Shown: positions 1-7,673 of the stretch, piece after piece
Layout of the letters: each line of letters starts with the position of its first letter
Position numbering within the stretch: position 1 is the first letter of the stretch
Assembly: GCA_043803685.1 (NCBI GenBank)
Contig: JAZDJU010000085.1
Span: forward strand, 1 to 44,108
DNA: 44,108 nucleotides
Direction: 5' to 3'
Origin: Candidatus Omnitrophota bacterium
GTDB lineage: Bacteria; Omnitrophota; Omnitrophia; Omnitrophales; Aquincolibacteriaceae
Program-made: the position numbers and the translations under genes
The notes under the pieces: model-generated
What the model was told of the DNA's origin: nothing
What the model saw: only the letters and a program-made list of their open reading frames with translations
The model's database searches: none

Positions 1-36
1 ATCGACATCAAGAGCCAGATATTGTATCTTCTCCAT
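1..36 (-). CDS. 5' end of a HAD-superfamily hydrolase (KdsC-like); runs off the window edge
   Basis: ATG at 36 with GGGAGG SD upstream. Translation MEKIQYLALDVD resembles HAD motif I (hhhDxD). Only 12 codons are visible. Confidence 0.55.
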   Translation of the reverse strand, partial: MEKIQYLALDVD

Positions 37-126
37 GGGTGACCCCTCCCTGATGTTTTAGTGTTTCTGATTTTACATCAGAACACTATGAGGTAAAGCC
101 CTCGGTTAAGGGAGGCGGTCATCCAT
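35..126 (-). promoter_or_regulatory. Candidate structured 5' leader that sequesters the SD and AUG of the partial HAD gene
   Basis: On the mRNA, AUGGAUGACC-GC-CUCCCU can pair with AGGGAG-G-GGUCACCCAU, enclosing two hairpins (GAGG/CCUC and UAGUGUUCUGAU/AUCAGAAACACUA). Confidence 0.4.
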
Positions 127-162
127 AACTATCTTTACAAAGGGGGAAGCAAGAAACCCAAA

Positions 163-1047
163 TCAACTGTATGGAGTGGTAGGCCCCCGAACCTGAGCCC
201 CGCTCATAGCCTCAAGACGGATGATGCGATCTTCCATAGGAGGATGCGTGTTGAAAAAAAAGCCCCAACCCTTCCTCAGAAGAGGGTTAACGATAAAAAG
301 ATGAGCGGTCGCGGGTCCGGCATCCAAAAGCGGGTATCGCTTGGAAGCATTATCGATCTTTCTGAGCGCGCTCGCGAGATAGAGAGGTTCTTCACAAAGC
401 TCAGAACCGCGGGAGTCAGCCGTATATTCCCGATCGCGGAAAATCACGAGCTTGATGAGTATCACAACAAAGGGCATCACGATCACTGCCAAAAGTAGCG
501 CCAACGGATTGCTGCTATCGCGTTCGTCACGCTCCCCTCCCCAGAAAAAAGACCAGCGGAACATGGAGGCGATCATACTGAGCGCGCCCGCCAGCATTGC
601 CACGACCGTTGAAAGCAGAATGTCATGATTCAGAATGTGCGCCAACTCGTGTCCTAATACGCCGGAAAGCTCTTCTTTGTTAAGAAGTCCGACGATCCCG
701 TGCGTTATCGCGATCGAGGCGTGCCGGGAGTCGCGACCCGTCGCGAAGGCATTCGCCGAAGCCGAAGGAAGCATGTAAAGCCGCGGCATGGGAATACCGG
801 CTTTTTTCGAGAACCGCCTCACGATCTCGAAAACTTCGGGGGCTTCCTCCTCGGCCAAGGGCTGCGCCCGGTGCATTGCGAGCACAACTTTGTCGCTAAA
901 CCAGTAGATCCAGAAATTCATGACGCCGGCAAAACACAACGCGATCACGATGCCGCGCTCCCCGCCCAACGCGTAACCGCAGAAAATGACAAGCAGGGTG
1001 AGAAAAACAAGGAGGCATAAAACCCGGAGAGTGTTGTGCTTTTTCAT
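163..1047 (-). CDS. htpX: Zinc metalloprotease HtpX (M48)
   Basis: Motifs NAFATG, HELAH (HExxH), REYTAD, LASALRKI and C-terminal THPP; multiple TM helices. Confidence 0.93.
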   Translation of the reverse strand: MKKHNTLRVLCLLVFLTLLVIFCGYALGGERGIVIALCFAGVMNFWIYWFSDKVVLAMHRAQPLAEEEAPEVFEIVRRFSKKAGIPMPRLYMLPSASANAFATGRDSRHASIAITHGIVGLLNKEELSGVLGHELAHILNHDILLSTVVAMLAGALSMIASMFRWSFFWGGERDERDSSNPLALLLAVIVMPFVVILIKLVIFRDREYTADSRGSELCEEPLYLASALRKIDNASKRYPLLDAGPATAHLFIVNPLLRKGWGFFFNTHPPMEDRIIRLEAMSGAQVRGPTTPYS

Positions 1048-1080
1048 TTTGGGAAAGTAACGCTCATAAAACTTCGGTAG

Positions 1081-1617
1081 CTATGGTTGGAAACCGATCG
1101 GGCCCTTCGGTTTCCTGGGAACGTTGTCGGGAACGCCTTGCTCCATCATTTTCCGGATGGCCGCAACAATATCCCGGATCGCCGCATCATGCTCCCCGAG
1201 ACGCTTTTCCAGTTCGGAAAACTTATGGGTAAGCTCTTTATTCGTGGAAAGAAGTTCTCTCAACTTCACAAAGACCCGCATGATCCGGACATTCATTTGA
1301 ACAGCGCGTTTACTGCGGAGAACTCCAGACAGCATCGCAACGCCTTGCTCTGTGAAAACTCTCGGACGCTTCCGAACCCCTCCCCAACTTGATATTCCAA
1401 AATGGAACATCAAGTTCCGGTGCTCCTCCTGAGTCAACTGAAACATGAAATCGCCTGGAAATCTGTCCGAATTTCTTGTAACGGCTTTGTTAAGCTGACT
1501 CGTCGACACTCCATAAAGCACCGCAAGGTCTTTATCCAACATCACTTTGTGCCCCCTGATCAAGAGAATGGACCGCTCAATACGTTCACCAGGGATCAAA
1601 GATACGTGTTTTTTCAT
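1081..1617 (-). CDS. ORF6N domain DNA-binding protein
   Basis: IRGHKVMLDKDLAVLYGV, RFPGDFMFQLT, VFTEQGVAMLS and C-terminal IGF are typical of ORF6N proteins. Likely start MKKHV at 1617. Confidence 0.88.
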   Translation of the reverse strand: MKKHVSLIPGERIERSILLIRGHKVMLDKDLAVLYGVSTSQLNKAVTRNSDRFPGDFMFQLTQEEHRNLMFHFGISSWGGVRKRPRVFTEQGVAMLSGVLRSKRAVQMNVRIMRVFVKLRELLSTNKELTHKFSELEKRLGEHDAAIRDIVAAIRKMMEQGVPDNVPRKPKGPIGFQP

Positions 1618-1659
1618 AGAGCAAGCATAACACAACATTGTTTATATATCAATTTATAT

Positions 1660-1744
1660 TTGATTAATATGGATATATTACTATAATGGCTCGTCAGGTT
1701 TTATGTAAATACGTGTTGTATATACAATTTCATTTTGTTATCCT
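1660..1744 (+). promoter_or_regulatory. Sigma70-like promoter(s) and palindromic operator of the TA operon
   Basis: TTGATT-N16-TATAAT (1660-1687) and TTGTAT-N17-TATCCT (1716-1744). The perfect palindrome TTGTATATACAA (1716-1727) overlaps the second -35. Confidence 0.55.
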
Positions 1745-1758
1745 TTAGGGAGTGTGCG

Positions 1759-2016
1759 ATGGAAATACGCTGGAACGAATTGAAAAGCGAACACCTTAAG
1801 CAGACGCGCGGAATCTCATTCGAAGAAATACTGAAAGAACGCTTTATAGGGTTCCGGTTGCATCCGCACCGGGAGAATCAGATCTACATGTTGTTTGAAA
1901 TAAAGAACATTATCTGGGTGGTCCCCTTCGTTCAGCATGGGCAAGGAATTTTCTTAAAAACTCTTTTCCCGGACAGGAAATTTACAAAACTTTATCGGCG
2001 AGGTGAATTACCATGA
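1759..2016 (+). CDS. BrnT-like type II toxin
   Basis: MEIRWNELKSEHLKQTRGISFEEI...HPHRENQ...VVPFV...FLKTLFPDRK matches the BrnT-like toxin pattern; AGGGAG SD before the ATG at 1759. Confidence 0.82.
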   Translation: MEIRWNELKSEHLKQTRGISFEEILKERFIGFRLHPHRENQIYMLFEIKNIIWVVPFVQHGQGIFLKTLFPDRKFTKLYRRGELP

Positions 2017-2276
2017 AGGACCCTTTTAAAAGACTCAAGTTAAATAAATATGAGCGGAGCATTTCGGAAGCGATCGAACGCGGAGAATATGTCGAGGGTC
2101 CCAAGGAAGAGACCGAGCAGATCCGGGCGGCGATCGAGGAGTACCGGAAGAACGCCATCCTTCACATCCGGATCAGCGAAGCGGTACTGAAGAAGCTCAA
2201 GGAAAAAGCCAAAAAAGTCGGCGTCAAATACCAGACCTTCATCGCCGAAGCCCTCCGCCGCGTCGCCCACAGTTAA
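2013..2276 (+). CDS. Cognate antitoxin (BrnA/CopG-like, RHH C-terminus)
   Basis: ATGA overlap with the toxin; C-terminal IRISE..LKKLKEKAKK.GVKYQTFI is RHH-like. Confidence 0.8.
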   Translation: MKDPFKRLKLNKYERSISEAIERGEYVEGPKEETEQIRAAIEEYRKNAILHIRISEAVLKKLKEKAKKVGVKYQTFIAEALRRVAHS

Positions 2277-2343
2277 AACACGAAACAGCATCCCGTTCGC
2301 CAATATCTCGCTGATATCAGCTCCCTACGGCTCCATAACGAAT

Positions 2344-3015
2344 TCAGCTTGGACGAAACAAGGCAGGGTTTTTATATAAGGCCTTGATATTGGAGGGATC
2401 ACACAAAAGAACTTTGTTTGACTCCGTAGCCATTTTATTTAAAAGTTGTTTCGCTTTTGACTCTTCTTCGGTAAACACATAAATCTGCGGGCCTGGCGGA
2501 AAACCTAAAACAATATTAACAGCACCGTACAACAGGATTGCACAGCCATAAAGATCATCGACACTTGAACTAATTAAATATTTGATATCGCGCGATAAAG
2601 CTTTAGCTCTAGAAAACTTTTCACATATAATCCCGCCCTTAAAATAAAGGGGAATCTCAAGCCTCCTACAGAGCTGCACCGCTCTCATAGTCCCCGCGTC
2701 CTTTCGTTCGGAAAGCATATCCGAGTCGAGCCAAGCATCGCCATCCGGCCTAAGAATAATTCCCTTCCCCGGCTTAAAACTGTCCAATAACAGTACAAAC
2801 ATTCTAAGGACTTCTTTTATGATTTTTTTCCGTTTGGGAGTGCCACGTTTAAAATCCTGCGATTCCATCTCCGCGCCTAATTCTTTTGAAATCAAGTAAA
2901 GTACGCGTCCTTTAACAAAGTTTTTTGAGCTATCGTCGGCAGAATAAAAAGCGAAATCCTTTTCCAAAACATTGTCGAGTTGTTCCTTTGATATCTTTCC
3001 CACTGCTTCCCCCAT
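2344..3015 (-). CDS. Hypothetical low-GC protein, possibly PIN-like C-terminal domain
   Basis: 223-aa ORF with visibly AT-rich codon usage; starts 8 nt after the HAD stop codon. Confidence 0.6.
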   Translation of the reverse strand: MGEAVGKISKEQLDNVLEKDFAFYSADDSSKNFVKGRVLYLISKELGAEMESQDFKRGTPKRKKIIKEVLRMFVLLLDSFKPGKGIILRPDGDAWLDSDMLSERKDAGTMRAVQLCRRLEIPLYFKGGIICEKFSRAKALSRDIKYLISSSVDDLYGCAILLYGAVNIVLGFPPGPQIYVFTEEESKAKQLLNKMATESNKVLLCDPSNIKALYKNPALFRPS

Positions 3016-3023
3016 AAAAGGAA

Positions 3024-3644
3024 TTAGAAACGAATACCGAGCCTGCGGAGGGTTTTGATGAGGGCGGGACGGCCCTGGAAATGGATGGCATTCATGCCGG
3101 CTTTACGGGCGCCGGCGATAAAGGTTTTCATGTCGTCGATAAAAACGGTCTCTTCGGGCTTCAGCTTGATCTTCTTAAGAACACGCCGGTAGATATTGAG
3201 GCATGGCTTGCGCGCGCCCACCTCATGCGACGGGAATTTCCGGTCGAAATGGCGGAGGAGTTTGAAATGTTTCTTGAGATGGGTGAAGTGGAGCTTGTTG
3301 GTGTTCGAGATCAGATAAAGCGGGTAATGTTTCTTGATCCTGAGGAGAAGCTTCTCCATCCCCGGATTCTCCCAGAAAATGTCGTTCCAGTAATAACGGA
3401 AGGTCGCCAAAGGAATGGCGGCGCCGAGGGTTTTGCAAGCGATCCGGTGGAACTCGCACGTCGAAAGCTCCCCTCGCGTGTAGGCCTGCTCGAACCTGGA
3501 CAGGAAGAAACGTCTCCAGATCTCCTTTGTGGAAAGCCCGGACGCGGCCGAAAAGCGTTTTGCGGCCTTCTCGACATCGTAATTAACCAGCACATTGCCC
3601 AGGTCGAAGATGACGGCTTTGATCTTTTGATTTTTATTTTCCAT
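3024..3644 (-). CDS. HAD family phosphatase (YihX-like)
   Basis: FDLGNVL (motif I), ISNTN (motif II), RKP (motif III), FIDD (motif IV). Confidence 0.9.
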   Translation of the reverse strand: MENKNQKIKAVIFDLGNVLVNYDVEKAAKRFSAASGLSTKEIWRRFFLSRFEQAYTRGELSTCEFHRIACKTLGAAIPLATFRYYWNDIFWENPGMEKLLLRIKKHYPLYLISNTNKLHFTHLKKHFKLLRHFDRKFPSHEVGARKPCLNIYRRVLKKIKLKPEETVFIDDMKTFIAGARKAGMNAIHFQGRPALIKTLRRLGIRF

Positions 3645-3676
3645 GGCGGGCATTTTAGCACAATTTATTAAAAAAC

Positions 3677-3738
3677 GGATGGCGGATGGTGGATGACGCC
3701 TAGCTTTTCCCCCTCAGCCATCCTCCTTCCGCTATCCG
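3677..3738. repeat. Mirror-oriented 7-bp periodic repeat
   Basis: GGATG at 3677, 3684 and 3691; xTCC units ending at 3723, 3730 and 3737. Confidence 0.55.
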
Positions 3739-4889
3739 AGCAAAGAGACCCATTTACACAACTGGCTCGTAATAAGGCCCAGGTACGTTCCCATCACGTT
3801 CCCGAGAATGCCGAGGAGAAGACCGACGGGCGCAAGCGCAGGCTCGTAAGCCGTGGCCACGATCGGCGCCGAAGCCGGACCGCCGATATTGGCCTGACTC
3901 GCGGTCGCGACAAGGCAGAGTGGAATACGCGCAACGCGTGACACGACGAACAGAAATGCCGCATGGATCAAAACGAGCGCGACGCCGCCCAGGATCAGGA
4001 CCGGCGCCGACAGGATCCCCGAAAGGCTCGCCCTCGCCCCGATCGAGGTGAGCACAAGAAAAAGAAGAAGATAACCGACCCGCGAGGCTCCATGACATTC
4101 GAGTCTCCGGAGGGACGTGAAGGAAAGCAGAATGCCAAGGGTCGAGGCGAGAATGATCGTCCACCCGGAAGAACCGTCCCCCAGGATACCGGCCAACTTG
4201 TTCGAGATCCACGCGCCGCCGAACGCCGCGGCGAGGATAAGCGGAAGATAACGGAAATTGAATTTTTTCGCACCCGTATCCGCGAGAGCGGACTTCCGGG
4301 CCAATTCCTCGACGACGCGAAGGTCGGAATGGTTCCATTGGTCGTAGGTTCTTTGAAAACCTTCAAGCAGGATCAGAAGCCCCATCCAGGAATATGCCAC
4401 GACCGTATCCACCACGATCATCGGAAAGAAGACAGCGTCCGGCGTGTGGATCGCCTCCTTCACAGCGATCATGTTGGCGCTCCCGCCGGTCCAGGAGGCT
4501 GAAAGCGCCCCGAAACCCGACCACGCGTCCGCCGGAAGCCAGGACTTCAAAAACATCACGACAAGCGGCGCGCCGATCATGATCCCAAGACTGCCAGTGA
4601 ACATCATCAGAAGCGCGGGCCGTCCGAGCTTCAGGATGGCCTTCATATCGGTCGAGATCAGGAGAAGGATCAGCCCCGCGGGAAGCGCCGTCCCCGTGAT
4701 CTTCGCGTAGATCGCATTCTGCTGAGGAAGGACCCCCAAGCCGGAAACGAGCATGGGAAGAAAATAGATCCAGAAAAGCGCTGGCGGGAACTTGAAAAAT
4801 CCCCGGGTCCCAGGATGTTCGGAATAGAAAACAATGCCCGCGACGATCAGTGCCAGTATCGCAAAGATGCCTGCGGGATTATGGATCAT
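3732..4889 (-). CDS. DUF819 family multi-pass membrane protein
   Basis: About 10 TM helices; SWTGGSANM and ASQANIGGPASAP motifs characteristic of DUF819. Confidence 0.88.
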   Translation of the reverse strand: MIHNPAGIFAILALIVAGIVFYSEHPGTRGFFKFPPALFWIYFLPMLVSGLGVLPQQNAIYAKITGTALPAGLILLLISTDMKAILKLGRPALLMMFTGSLGIMIGAPLVVMFLKSWLPADAWSGFGALSASWTGGSANMIAVKEAIHTPDAVFFPMIVVDTVVAYSWMGLLILLEGFQRTYDQWNHSDLRVVEELARKSALADTGAKKFNFRYLPLILAAAFGGAWISNKLAGILGDGSSGWTIILASTLGILLSFTSLRRLECHGASRVGYLLLFLVLTSIGARASLSGILSAPVLILGGVALVLIHAAFLFVVSRVARIPLCLVATASQANIGGPASAPIVATAYEPALAPVGLLLGILGNVMGTYLGLITSQLCKWVSLLG

Positions 4890-4896
4890 GATATGG

Positions 4897-5274
4897 CTAG
4901 GCGAAAAGCGCCCTCACTTTGGCACGGGTGAAATAAAAAAGCCATACCGCAGGAAAGACCACGAACACTGAAACGCGCGGATTCAACACATTGCCGATCC
5001 GCTCCATCAGGGTCGGCGCCGCGAAGATCCAGAAGGTCCACACGAAATGGATCAGATAACATCCCCAAATGAAAGCCGCCGCGGCCAGCACCCAGCTGAG
5101 CCAGAGCGCCCACCGCTTGGACTTCCAAAGCCCGATAAAACAACCGATCACCGAAGTAAAGATCACGATATCGAGAGCCGTTTGAAAGGAAAAGAACTTC
5201 TCGGTCATTTCAATCAGCGCATAACACAGGTACCCCGCGAACGCCATCCCCAAAATGAACATCACCTTTTTCAT
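4897..5274 (-). CDS. Hypothetical 4-TM membrane protein
   Basis: 125-aa hydrophobic ORF with AAGGAGG SD, in tandem with its neighbours. Confidence 0.7.
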   Translation of the reverse strand: MKKVMFILGMAFAGYLCYALIEMTEKFFSFQTALDIVIFTSVIGCFIGLWKSKRWALWLSWVLAAAAFIWGCYLIHFVWTFWIFAAPTLMERIGNVLNPRVSVFVVFPAVWLFYFTRAKVRALFA

Positions 5275-5301
5275 CTCATACCTCCTTGAACTGTTAAGGA
5301 A

Positions 5302-6384
5302 TTATACGGGCGTAACACCGATCCCGGCCTTGATCTTCCGAAGATCATAAACTCCAGAACGCGTCACGAATTTACCACGAGTCACAGCCTCCGTCATAAA
5401 AAAGGGCGCGTCCAGGTCCACAAAATCAAATCCCCCGAGCCCTGCCGCGAAATGAGCCGCCGCCGTGACCGCGAGCGGCGTTTCCATCATCGTCCCGATC
5501 ATCAGCTTGATCCTGTTCCGTTTCGCGAGGCATGCAATTTCATAGGCCTCAAGGATCCCTGTCTTCATGAATTTGATATTGATCGCGCCGGCAGCCTTCA
5601 TCTTGATAAGAAGTTTCGCATCCTGAAGCGACGACACACTTTCATCCGCGCAGACAAGCGTTCGTCCTTCGCTCGTCACGCGGGCGAGCCCTTCCCAATC
5701 CCCTTTTGGCACCGGCTGTTCGACCAGTGAGGGTTTTATTTTAAGTTTCGCGAGCTCTTTCAGGAATTTGAGCGTCTGAGCGGCCGTGAATCCCTGGTTC
5801 GCGTCCAGATAGATCGGACTTTTTCCGGCGAGCCGGGCGATCGCCGTCACACGCCTGAGATCGAGGTCAAAATTCCGTCCGATCTTCACTTTGAAGGAAC
5901 GTATGCCGCGCTGCAATATCTCACGCGCGGCGGTCTCAGCCGCAGCAACATCGCCGAGCACGACCGTCATGTCAGTCGTAAGGATGCGGGGCCGATTCCC
6001 GAAAGCCTTCCAAAAGGGCATCTTGTGCTCACGGGTCGCGGCATCGAGAAGCGCCATCTCGAGTGCCGCGAGAGCGCATTTGTTCCGCGCAAACCTGTAT
6101 TTGAACTCTTCGGCGATCTCTGGAAATTCCGCAAGCCCCCTGCCAACGACCGCGCGAGCTGACGCTTTCAGGTTTCGCAGCGCTTCCTCGACCGTCTCAC
6201 CGGTGATATGCGTTGCGACCGCCGCTTCGCCAAAGCCACGAACGCCGCTGGAAAGCTCCACGGAGAAAAGAACGTTCTCCAGAAGATCATGCTGGCCCTT
6301 CGCCGTGCTGAACGGACGGATGAGCTTCGAGCGCCAGATCCGCGCGTCGGCATTTTTGATCGAAATCCCTTTGTTTTTTTTCAG
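5302..6384 (-). CDS. Dipeptide epimerase (L-Ala-D/L-Glu epimerase, enolase superfamily); probable non-canonical start
   Basis: KVKIG, DANQG, EQP, ADES, NIKFMK and DLD motifs. Family-like sequence (RPFSTAKGQH..ENV) continues upstream of the ORF-track GTG at 6261 to a CTG at 6384; in-frame TAA at 6405-6403. Confidence 0.85.
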   Translation of the reverse strand: MKKNKGISIKNADARIWRSKLIRPFSTAKGQHDLLENVLFSVELSSGVRGFGEAAVATHITGETVEEALRNLKASARAVVGRGLAEFPEIAEEFKYRFARNKCALAALEMALLDAATREHKMPFWKAFGNRPRILTTDMTVVLGDVAAAETAAREILQRGIRSFKVKIGRNFDLDLRRVTAIARLAGKSPIYLDANQGFTAAQTLKFLKELAKLKIKPSLVEQPVPKGDWEGLARVTSEGRTLVCADESVSSLQDAKLLIKMKAAGAINIKFMKTGILEAYEIACLAKRNRIKLMIGTMMETPLAVTAAAHFAAGLGGFDFVDLDAPFFMTEAVTRGKFVTRSGVYDLRKIKAGIGVTPV

Positions 6385-6550
6385 AAAAAGTCCCGCCCAA
6401 AATTATGGTTTTAGATGCTCCGGCGGGCTATACTAGTCCCAATACTTATCAATTTCAACGCAGTTGAAATTGGGGCAATCCTTGACAACCGTCGAGAAAA
6501 GAATCCAAGACAAGGATAGCGCAAAACAAACCGGAATTCGACAGGAAGCC

Positions 6551-7333
6551 ATGATCTCTTTTAGATCGATCAAAGTTCAGCTGAATCTTTTTCTGGCCGC
6601 CTTCGCCATTTTTCTCTTCGCCAAGGAACCCCACCTTGCCGCTTTATTCAGTTTGTCCCAGACCGTCCTGTTTTCCGTCTTGCTCGAGGGCGTGATCCTC
6701 TTCCGGAAGGACAAGAAATTCCACGTCACGGCAAGCTCGATCACTTCCGGCCTCATCCTAGGACTGGTCCTTTCTCCGGACTCCCCGTGGTGGACACTTC
6801 TCGTCGCGGCCGCGGCTGCCATCGGCCTCAAGTATTTAGTTCGGTTCCACGGAAAGAATCTACTGAACCCCGCCGCGCTCGGGATCTTTCTGGCGATCCT
6901 TCCTTTCAAGGGGAACACGGCCTGGCAAGGAACCTATCTCTGGTACATTCTCATCCCTGCCGGTCTTTATTTCGTGGGGAAGATCCGGAAAATGGCGATC
7001 GTCATCGGATATTTCGGGATGTCGCTCCTCCTCTTCATCCCCCAGGCCCTCTCTCAGGGGACTTCGCTATGGAACATCCCCGGCTATTTTAATTATTTCT
7101 TCATCTTCATCATGCTGATCGAGCCCAAGACAACGCCCGCCGCCAGGATCCCCAAGATCGCGTTCGGCACCGGGGTCGCGCTCCTTGTTTTTCTTTTAAC
7201 CGAATGGGCGTTCCCTTACGAACCCGAGATCTCCGCGCTTCTCGTCATGAACGCCTGTGTGCCTCTGCTCAACAAGCTCCCGGACCTTAAGTTCTCAAAA
7301 TCAAAACAAAATCCACGAAAGGAATCTTTATGA
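6551..7333 (+). CDS. RnfD/NqrB-like membrane protein (stand-alone)
   Basis: SSITSGLILGL, KNLLNPAALG and FIMLIEPKTTP match RnfD/NqrB TM motifs; ATG at 6551 follows AGGAAG. Confidence 0.75.
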   Translation: MISFRSIKVQLNLFLAAFAIFLFAKEPHLAALFSLSQTVLFSVLLEGVILFRKDKKFHVTASSITSGLILGLVLSPDSPWWTLLVAAAAAIGLKYLVRFHGKNLLNPAALGIFLAILPFKGNTAWQGTYLWYILIPAGLYFVGKIRKMAIVIGYFGMSLLLFIPQALSQGTSLWNIPGYFNYFFIFIMLIEPKTTPAARIPKIAFGTGVALLVFLLTEWAFPYEPEISALLVMNACVPLLNKLPDLKFSKSKQNPRKESL

Positions 7334-7671
7334 AAAAAACAGCTCTGCTCCTTTGCGGCCTTCTCGTCATGAGTACCGTTGCCTTCGCGCATCCGCCTTC
7401 CGATATCAAGATCCAGTTCGATCCGGCGGCAAAGGTCGTGATCGCAACTGTTGAGCATCGCGTCAGCAATCCTAAAACGCATTACATCAACAAGATCGAT
7501 ATTGGACTCAACGGAAAAGAAGTCCAGACTCTCACCTTCACAAAACAGGATGCCAACAAAGAACAAACGTTCGCCATCCCTCTCCCGGAAGCAAAAAAGG
7601 GGGATACCCTGAGCGTCGAAGGTTATTGCAACCTCGGCGGTGAGTTGGAGAAAGAGATCAAGGTCGCTTAA
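7330..7671 (+). CDS. Secreted desulfoferrodoxin/superoxide-reductase-like Ig-fold protein
   Basis: Signal peptide ending AFA|H; motifs EHRV, THYI and YCNLGG resemble SOR HPM, EHYI and YCNLHG. Confidence 0.55.
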   Translation: MKKTALLLCGLLVMSTVAFAHPPSDIKIQFDPAAKVVIATVEHRVSNPKTHYINKIDIGLNGKEVQTLTFTKQDANKEQTFAIPLPEAKKGDTLSVEGYCNLGGELEKEIKVA

Positions 7672-7673
7672 CC

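Noticed and set aside
1081..3015. Prophage or integrative element around ORF6N and the TA pair
   Set aside because: No integrase, structural genes or flanking direct repeats seen; at most a small islet.
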